DNA of 64,000 nt. Source: Eledone cirrhosa. Taxonomy: Eukaryota. A program made the translations under genes and the position numbers. The stretch spans positions 113,336,001 through 113,400,000 of the forward strand of contig OZ024740.1 in NCBI GenBank assembly GCA_964016885.1, in the 5' to 3' direction. Of this stretch, positions 55,203 to 64,000 are shown piece by piece. The notes beneath the pieces were generated by a model. It saw only the letters and a program-made list of their open reading frames with translations. It ran no database searches and was not told the origin of the DNA. Every line of letters begins with the position of its first letter. Position 1 is the stretch's first letter.

Positions 55203-56054
55203 GGGAAGAAGACGCACGAGGTGGTAGAAGGTCATGAAATCGCTCCCGTAAGTTTTTGATTTTTAACATATTTAAATCAATTGTGAAATCACAATTCTTA
55301 GTACAAATGTTGCATAAACCACCGAATGAAGTCCCATAAAATTTCGGATCCATATTATATTGTTATATCGCTCAAATGTTCAATTTTGTATTATATATTT
55401 TGTATTCAAAAAAAGAAAATGGTTATAAATGGAAGAAAACACCCTCTGTCTACACTATATAGAACAGCCAAATAACAGCAATTTCACCAACACCAGAAAC
55501 TTGATACACCACCTATCCCATCACACTAAATATAACAGCCAGATAACGGCAATTTCACCACCACCACCATCAATCCCGGCATGATAATAATAATTACTAT
55601 TATTATTGTCTCAAATTTTAACAAAATGTTTAATTCCAATTTTACGGGAATATGTCAACACAATATATATTAAACATACGAACACAAATTCATAGATACT
55701 ACATATCACAAAACCCAGTAACCACAACGCCACCGCCACCACCACCCCATCCATCATCTTGCTACCACTATCCCATCGCCGCCGCCACCACTCCTTCATT
55801 GCTACCACCACTATTCCCCTGTTAACTTGAGAGAGAAAGGGGAAGGTGGCGGTATCACTAGACAAGGGAGAGGCTAGCAAAAGATATAAATAGATTGACT
55901 TAGTGACCTGGCCACCGGCCAAACGTCAACATCAACAACTATGGGACTGCTGGCTCACCCCTTCCTCACCAACAATATAAAAAGCCCCGGCACCACCACC
56001 GACGTAGCCAACAACAATAACAGGCAACTACAGCAAAAAGTATATTATATTATT

Positions 56055-56099
56055 GTAATGCACTGGGTGATTGCTGGCCTTGTGCCTGGAGTGGAGACA
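56055..56099 (+). mobile_element. SINE 3'-tail fragment inserted in the Dong-B 5' UTR
   Basis: gtaatgcactggg...tgctggccttgtgcc...gaca flanked by attatt; absent from the paralogous site at 36460-36490. Confidence 0.8.
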
Positions 56100-56356
56100 A
56101 TTATTAATAATTTCATTCTTAAGCCACGCAATGCTCACATTAAGGAACCACTCATGATAATAACAATTTAAAAAAAAAAAAAAAAAAAAAAGAAAACCCC
56201 GTGACCAAGAAATACCGGGATGGCGGCCGGCGGGGAATAGCCGTGTCTCTAGGGGAGAACGACCCCTCTAGTCTTGGTTGACACTCGTTCTAGAAGTGGT
56301 AACACGAAATGCTTACCCCTTGGCGGATAAGGATAAAACGCGACAAAATAAAGTAA

Positions 56357-58657
56357 ATGTCTAATGATAAAATCTCATACCGGATCGGCCGTCACCCGGG
56401 TAAAAAAGGGCCGCGTCCCTCAGAGAGGAACCAGACTGGGGTCGAAAAATCAGCTAATGGTTCAAACCTTCCCATCACTTCGGAGCTGGAGACCTCCCAT
56501 AACCGGAATACTCCTACTGTTGGCCCTCCATGCTCACCACCAAGAAATCCAAAGAAAAAGAGAGAAAAATGGTCAAGGGAAGATAATAAAGAAGTCCTTG
56601 AGGCTTTCTACACTGACATGTACTACCCATCAAATACATCGAATACAGAACAGACATATATCAACTGGAAAAAGAAACATCCCGAAAACAGAGACTATAT
56701 TGACAGTAACAAACTAGCCAATATACGAAGAAATGTAAGAAAAAAGTTACTAACTGATATAGAAATTGATCAGATCAAGCTATTAGCACAAAGTCAGCGA
56801 AGGGAAAATGAAACATGTGTCAGTGAAAACGAGGTAAACTGTAACACTTCGAACCCCAGGGTTGGGGCGGAATCACTGGCAACAGAACAAATTAAAGAAA
56901 GGATCGAAAAAGTGGAGGGAGTGCATGCTCAGGATGAAACTCCAAATGAAAATAATGATATCGTAAATGATAAAGAAATGAATGAGAATGAACTTGCCAA
57001 CTTGAAGGATGAAATTATGATCGAATGGATGAAAATGAAAGAATCTGACATGGGGCAACGAGACACCCTCCCTAAGATCCAGAACTCCAAACAGAACCAA
57101 AAGATAATACACAAGACTAACATAATTCTCAAAAACATTATCATCACAAACAAACTAAACATTACTGATTTAAATCATCTCTATTATGCATCGGCTAAAG
57201 TCACCACTCACTTATGTGGAGTGAAGATGAAAAAACAAAGGAATTCCCACAAGAAATCTACTTGGCAAGAGAACATCAATCGCCAAATAAACATTCTCCG
57301 ATCTGACATAGAAATTTTAACAAACTATAATGTAGGTGAACATGTTAAACAAACTAAACTTAGAAAATTGAAAAAAAAGTACAGTATAAAATCAACATGT
57401 GACATAGACATGCTGATAGAAATAATCAAGCAAAAAGTGTCGGCCAAAGCTGCTCGTATAAGGTGCTTTGAAAAACGATCTAGATTCTATAAGGACAATA
57501 ATATGTTAAAAAACAACCAAAGAAACTTCTACAGAAAAATTGGTAAGTCAACAATAACTGCTAAATCAGTACCACCCAAGGAGGAAGTGCAAGAATTCTG
57601 GGAAAAGATCTGGGCCGAAGAAAAAGTTCATAACATACATGCCCCATGGATAGACAGACAGATGAAAGATACAGCTCACCTTGAGGAACAAATATGGGAA
57701 AATATAACAGTTGAACAGTTGCGCTTGGCTCTAAGAAAAACCAGCAAATGGAAATCCCCAGGAAAAGACAAAACACAAAACTTTTGGATAAATGCCTTCA
57801 CAGAGTCTCATGAGCTGTTAGCCCAAATTTACAATGAAATAGTTAAGGAGCCAGAAAAGAAACCATCATGGCTAGTTAACGGCATTACATTCCTGCTTCC
57901 GAAGAATGATGAGACAAACAATCCCAAAAATTACAGACCGATAACTTGCTTGACCACAATGTATAAAATGTTAACATCAGTCCTAACTGAATACACATAT
58001 GACCACCTGATAACAAATGACCTATTTCCCATTGAGGAGAATGGGTGTAAACGAGGCTCATATGGCTGTAAGGATCAGCTTCTGGTTCACAAAATGATAC
58101 TGGAAGATTGTCATAATAGACACAAAATTCTATCGATTGCTTGGATAGATTATAAAAAAGCATTCGATAGTTTGCCGCACAGTTGGATTGAAAAATGTTT
58201 AGAGATTTTCAAAATATCCCCCGTTGTCAGGAGGTTTTTGTCATTCAGTATGAAGACATGGAAAACGACACTCCTTTTGAATAGTGAAACAAAATCACTG
58301 GAAGCTGGAGAAGTTAATATTAATTGTGGAATTTTTCAGGGTGACTCTTTATCACCGCTTTTATTCTGCATCGCACTTATACCATTAAGTAAAATGGTCA
58401 ATGAAACAAAACATGGATATAAAGTCTATGACAAAACCATTAATCACCTGTTCTACATGGATGACCTGAAACTATTTACAAAAAAATGATGAACAATTGC
58501 AAGGGCTATTATCCACTGTGGAGCAGTTCAGTGATGACATTAAAATGGAGTTTGGACTAGATAAATGCGCCAAAGCAACGTTCACCAGAGGTAAGCTGCT
58601 GAAGAGTTCAGACATTAATCTTGATCGGGGGAACGTGATAAGAGAACTTGATCAAGA
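56357..58657 (+). pseudogene. Dong/R4 ORF N-terminal region and RT (710 aa open, then frameshift in an A run)
   Basis: WSREDNKEVL..FY (putative Myb-like N-terminus), WKSPGKD, NYRPITCL, IDYKKAFDS, GIFQGDSLSP, YMDDLKLF. Confidence 0.9.
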
Positions 58658-58736
58658 AAAAAACTTAATTAATTTTTTTTTTATTGCTACTATTAAAAAC
58701 TTAATTAATTTTTCTTTTATTGCTACTAGCTATGTG

Positions 58737-59467
58737 TTTAACCTTTTAAACAAAAACACTATTAAAATCTCCTACTCTACGACGCCTAATATAGCATACC
58801 ACATAGCTAGTAGCAATAAAAGAAAAATTAATTGTGGCTTCCAACAAACTAAATCGCACCAGGGGGTAAACCTTCAAAATAACTCTGTAGCAAGTGACCC
58901 TAATAACGGCAGTAATAGTAATAATAGCACTAGTACAAGCAATAACACCGGGTACGACAACCCCCATATCCAAAATCCTATGGCTACCACGCGGACTTCT
59001 ACACAACATTTTAACCAACAGACTAGCACCCAGAATAATTGTAACTGTAGAGCAAATAGAATCTGCCCCTTAGATGAGAAATGCTTAATCAAGGATATTA
59101 TATACTCATGCACCGTCTCAACTAGCAACTCTTCAGAAACCTATGTAGGCTCCACGTCTAACTGCTTCAAAAGCAGGTATAATTCGCACATCCACTCGTT
59201 CAAAAAACACAGTCTAGCCAACTCCACCTCACTATCTAGCTACATACACTATCTAAAAACTAAAAATAAATCTTACACACTTATGGGAAGTGATAGGTAA
59301 CTCGACTTCGTACAAACCACCTAATACATTTTGTAACCTCTGTCTACTAGAGACCCACACTATTATCTTCTCTAACCATAACCTACTTAACAAAAAATCT
59401 GAAGTGTTCGCGACTTGCCAGCACCGCTTCAGACATTCCTTCCAAAACTTTAAAACCTATATATAGC
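58737..59467 (+). pseudogene. Penelope-like element GIY-YIG endonuclease region (different group from the one at 1-498)
   Basis: KISYSTTPNI...CNCRANRICPLDEKCL...IIYSCTV...YVGST...FKSRYNSH; after a frameshift near 59284, WEVI...CNLCLLE...LLNKKSE...CQH. Confidence 0.85.
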
Positions 59468-60895
59468 AATGTCAGACTTGAACCAGGCACCACCTCTAGC
59501 ATCAAACACTTAGGGCACACCCTATACCACCTCCCCACACTCATTGATCCTTTATAACACTAATAGTGACATCCCTTTAGAACCCTTCACAGTAGGAATA
59601 CCCCTTTGTACATCTACTTTCGGTGTGACTGCATTCAGTTGCTTGAACTGCATTGCACCACTATTTAATTAATGTAAAATTTAAACATTAAATTGATTGT
59701 ATTGTTGGTGCTCTGTGGATGAAGTGTCATCGTTGGATAAATGAAAGTCTAATTAATTTAGTAACATTGATGAGCTATATAGCCTGTATGCTTGGTGCAG
59801 TGAATGAAATGCAAGTGGCATATGAGTTGTACATATATGCAGTAATAGAAGATCGGATTAGTGACATGATAAGTGTGGATTGACCTCTGGTCTACCCTAT
59901 GGATAGTTAACTTTTGACATCCAATATGACATGCACTGACCCAGAGCTTACCAGGGATTACTATAGATAGAAGTGATTCTATAATCACTCTGCCAGGTTC
60001 TAGGAGTGGACTTCAATTACAATGATCATTGATTTAGAAATCCGGCTCTTCGTGTGAAATATTCAATCGTGGCACTCTATAATGGAGGGTAATCACCCTA
60101 ATATGAACACCATTAATACTTCTTGGTAGACTACATTATAGTTAAGACACTTTAAATTTTTAGAAACTGTATATAACAATACAAGATAGGGACTATTCTG
60201 AGACACCATTTAATATTTAGTCATAGAAATCACTGAGTTACCTCCCCTCACGCATTAACTCCCCTTAGTCACACACACACTTCCGGAAAATAATTCGATG
60301 TTGAATCCCGCAACTTAACAACCTGCTATATTGAGCTAAAGACCAATAAACTACGATACTCTAACGGAATCTTCAAACGCCCAATATTGAATCGTCGTAG
60401 ATTATGTGAGGGGCATATAACCTGGATATTATGCTCCCCGGACTGTGAAAATGGTGCTGTACATGGAATCCATATCATCGCTTTGCTACACATTTCCAAT
60501 ATTTAATATTTATAATATTTCTCCACGCACAGGCTTCTATTATATTCGTATAAAGGATTCATTACCAGTTCAACCCCTTGATCGCCCGTTTAAGTGCTTC
60601 TATTGCACTCTGCCGCACTATAACATTATATAAACAATACACACGTGCGTGGCACACGTGGAACTATTGCACTCAATAACTGCTTATGACTACCATATCG
60701 CATTAATTTCATGTTGTATTTTAACCTTAACTTTTGATTTTATCCTCTTTGGATATGAATGTAACCTTTAAATGTATACTGCCCCACTAAATATTATAAT
60801 GGTTGTCAACCTGCCGAGCAGCAATGTTTGCATATGTATCTGTATGTCTCTTGGGTTGAAAAGGAGGTCATATATGTGATCATCCATTAATAAAT

Positions 60896-60942
60896 TGCTC
60901 CGAAGAATCCAAACCTCGGTTTGGAGGAAACAATTGTAAGCA
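60896..60942 (+). ncRNA. Candidate type I hammerhead ribozyme variant
   Basis: tgct-CCGAAGA-a-tccaaacc/ggtttgga-g-GAAA-caattg-TA-agca: stems I and II, palindromic stem III, two deviations from consensus. Confidence 0.55.
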
Positions 60943-61159
60943 TAGAAATGATTTGATCAGAAATTTGATTCGTATAACTCTTATATATAACTGCTCTGTA
61001 AAACATCTGATGTTAGTACATTGAGCTATTTAACTTACTGGTAATAAGGTAGTAATATATTACTGCCTATCACTATTTAGGGTTTGTAAAAATATATATA
61101 ACTACAAAAGGTTCTTGTATTTGCATAACCATAAATAGTTTCCTTAATACTATTAATAC

Positions 61160-61214
61160 TATATATACATATATATTTATATATATATATATATGTATAT
61201 ATGTATATATCTAT

Positions 61215-61281
<67 letters not shown>

Positions 61282-61311
61282 CATCCATATATATATATAT
61301 ATATAATACAT

Positions 61312-61349
<38 letters not shown>

Positions 61350-61356
61350 TACATCC

Positions 61357-61415
<59 letters not shown>
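61160..61415. repeat. (TA)n/(TG)n compound microsatellite
   Basis: Directly visible. Confidence 0.95.
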
Positions 61416-61416
<1 letters not shown>

Positions 61417-61695
61417 AAATACATTATGTATTTCCATAATTCCATTTAAAGTAATTTAAATTATAATATAGAAAATAAATGACAAGCCAAATAACAATAA
61501 TGTAAAAAAAATGTGACGAGTTACAAATATTTTCTTCACACTTGTATAAAATTAAGTTTGCTTTAAAATGCAAAAGGTTTTAAAATTAGTTTGACGTGGT
61601 TAGTTTTGAGGTGGTAAATAACCTGTGTGAAAATAGATAGCGTATATTCACACATTCAGTAATTCCAATGCGGAAGAAATATATATATATATAGC

Positions 61696-61753
<58 letters not shown>

Positions 61754-62220
61754 AAGATAAAAGAAGTGAAATAAATTAAATATGAATAGAGTATATAAAA
61801 TAAAATGAAAAATAAAAGTTTAAGAATAATTTTTTAAAAAATCACATTTATCAGGTTAATCGTCACATTTACTCACACATAGTCTCATACACTCATACAC
61901 GCATACATACACATACACACATTATATTACACGGAAACATAAGGCATAGGAGTACACATTTTTTCCAGTTATTTACACGTTGCATATATCATTCCAAATT
62001 TAATTACTGCTCAGCATATACACATACACACAAATACATTGATTCTATATTTTAAGTGTGATTTATACGGGAAGTTTGTTAGATGTTGTTACTGTTCCCA
62101 CTGGCGTTATAACAATATAAGGGAAAGAGGTGTCATAGATTTTATATGGCAATCGAAAAGTCATTGCAGTCAACGCTTTCCTCATTCCTCTTTCTATGTT
62201 CCGATCATCCATTAATTAAT

Positions 62221-62310
62221 ATACATACATACATACATACATACATACATACATACATACATACATACATACATACATACATACATACATACATGCGTAC
62301 ATACATACAT
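62221..62310. repeat. (CATA)n microsatellite at the 3' end of the RTE fragment
   Basis: Directly visible. Confidence 0.95.
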
Positions 62311-63340
62311 GCATGATGACTGGAAACTCACGCGAAGAGTATTGCGATCGCTCGTCAGATTCATATGTTTGACGCTTGGATATGGCTTTTTAAGGCTGCT
62401 AGAGACTTGCACTCCGTCGCACATTCACGACAACTATGGATCTCCCTGCCTCAGGTTACCTGTCAAACTTCACATGCCACTTCAGTCCTGGTACAGATCG
62501 ACATACATTCTTTGCCGCATTCATTTTTCAATATCGTGGAGATCATATTTCATTGGTTCTCTCTGAACATAGCTGCGACTGTGGCCCCTAAAACCATTTT
62601 TGCTCAAGCACTTCTTTCCACACTCAAGGTACACCAGTTCAATGGAGACACCTATCATTTCAAGGGATACACCAGGGCAATGCTTACGCAAATCCCGTTT
62701 GTTCTTCTTAGGCTCTATGCGTCTATCCTCAAAATTATGGACCCCATCATTCACCATTCCACGCCAAGTTTCTCTTTCAAGAGCTTCTATGATCCACTCA
62801 GCCACCATCAAACCAGATTTTTCAAAGGATCCTTTACACAATCTTTGAATAGGAGCTTTGGCTTGTGAGGTGGTCTCAAAAGCTTGCCATACAAAATCTG
62901 TTTTGAGATGCGATCGTCTTCCCCTCTGCAGCGGTGTCCGGTCCATCGCAAACGAAGTTGATGGATGATACTTTCAATGCTCCGACTCTCACTTCTCTCA
63001 AGAACCTCGACATCACTGACATATATCTGCCACTTGATACCGAGCATCTTTCTGAGTCACTGCTGGTAAAATCGTTCCAGTCTTTTGATATGCCGTTTGT
63101 AGACAATCCATGCCTCACACTTATACAGCAATGCTGACAGTACGCATGTGGTATACACTTTCACATTGGTCCTCTTTGTGATTCGCCTGCACCGTAGACG
63201 CTGGGCATTCTAAATGACTCACCTGCTTTTCTAGCACAGAGACTAACTTCTGCATCCAGAGAACAGGTCACACACAGAGTACTCCCCAAATACACAAATC
63301 TGTTAGCACCCTTCAGCTTTTGACATCGAACGACATATCT
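62311..63340 (-). mobile_element. Decayed RTE-clade LINE 3' fragment
   Basis: FVYLGSTL..LDAEV, KVY..CVLSALLY.CEAW, LGIKWQ..VSDVEVLER, LRWTGH, ISKQILYGKL..KPKLLFKDCVK, typical of the RTE RT C-terminal region. Confidence 0.85.
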
Positions 63341-64000
63341 GGAGCGTTCATTGAAAACTTTATCCGGAGCAAGTTGGCAAATAGAAATCCATAAGGTGTT
63401 ACATGTCACCCAGTACAACCTGTTTCACGTTGGCAACTAAACCGGCATCACCAGCAAGCTTGCTTGTGGAGGAGGGTGATATTTGGGCACCCTGTGGGAT
63501 GAAATACAGGACCCGGCAAAGGGCGGAGGAACTCAGCAGAGTCAACGGCTATATATATACAGGGGCATCACGGAAGTATAGGCATGTTTCATTTACAGGG
63601 GAGGTAGGATCGCTGCAATAAATGTGTGAATCTCAGAGGGGAATATGTTGAAAAAAATAATAAATAACTGATCCTCCTCTATTTTCATGACTATGTCATC
63701 ACCCGCAGGCGTCACTTAAAAGATTTTAAAACAATTCGTTGTTTTCACTTTTCTTGTTATCTCTCGGATCATGCACTGCTAGGCAGTAAAGTTTCATTCA
63801 ATCTTCCAAACAAAAGGTAACTTCAGATGCCACCTCTCCCACCCAAGATTGATGTGGGAAAGCTGCGATAAGTTGATGGGAGGCTGAAACGTTTTGCGAA
63901 GTTTGACTCATTCCTCGACTCTGTCCAAATTTTTGATGACATTGCGGTTTGCTGGAAAGCGCCCAAAGATGCCACCTAAGCAGCGCTTGTGGAGATCTTA

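Larger units (their letters stand above)
55203..58657 (+). mobile_element. Dong/R4-clade LINE family B: intact 5' end, truncated after RT by a Penelope-like element
   Basis: Starts GGGAAGAAGAC right after (TAA)n; 1.15-kb 5' UTR; collinear with 33920-37359 on the minus strand. Confidence 0.92.
58658..61160 (+). mobile_element. 5'-truncated Penelope-like element with inverted 5' segment and hammerhead-like motif
   Basis: 58703-58736 is the reverse complement of 58800-58833; GIY-YIG ORF; HHR-like motif at 60896-60942; ends at (TA)n. Right boundary inferred. Confidence 0.7.

Noticed and set aside
58497-59300. 267-aa ORF apparently fusing Dong RT to a GIY-YIG nuclease
   Set aside because: Chance in-frame junction across a PLE insertion. 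The join contains the PLE's inverted and duplicated 5' segment, and both parts are frameshifted.
63400-64000. Possible RTE 5' piece and a coding-like remnant at the window end
   Set aside because: No diagnostic motifs recognisable in any frame.

Overview
AT-rich, microsatellite-dense eukaryotic (animal) DNA with no recognisable host gene, made almost entirely of transposable elements. The SINE type and repeat load suggest a cephalopod, but that is inference. Contents: five Tx1-clade LINEs (APE-RT) plus two old remnants; six pieces of two Dong/R4-clade LINE families (RT-CCHC-restriction-like endonuclease); two Penelope-like elements (GIY-YIG) and short inverted-repeat derivatives; a nested Helitron pair with a decayed RepHel gene; an RTE fragment; and tandem tRNA-type SINEs. 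The main signal is a community of elements built on the (ATT/TAA)n microsatellite. Four Tx1 copies read on the ATT strand and all Dong pieces read on the TAA strand, forming arrays of about 8 kb and 19 kb. The local SINE has a 3' tail matching the Tx1 3' terminus (22/28 nt ungapped) and inserts at ATT sites with ATT-containing target-site duplications, so it is a candidate Tx1-mobilised, microsatellite-targeted SINE. One Tx1 copy is an ORF1-swap chimera, and a sister Tx1 sits in a TC/TATC tract instead. All calls come from reading the sequence; no database searches were run.
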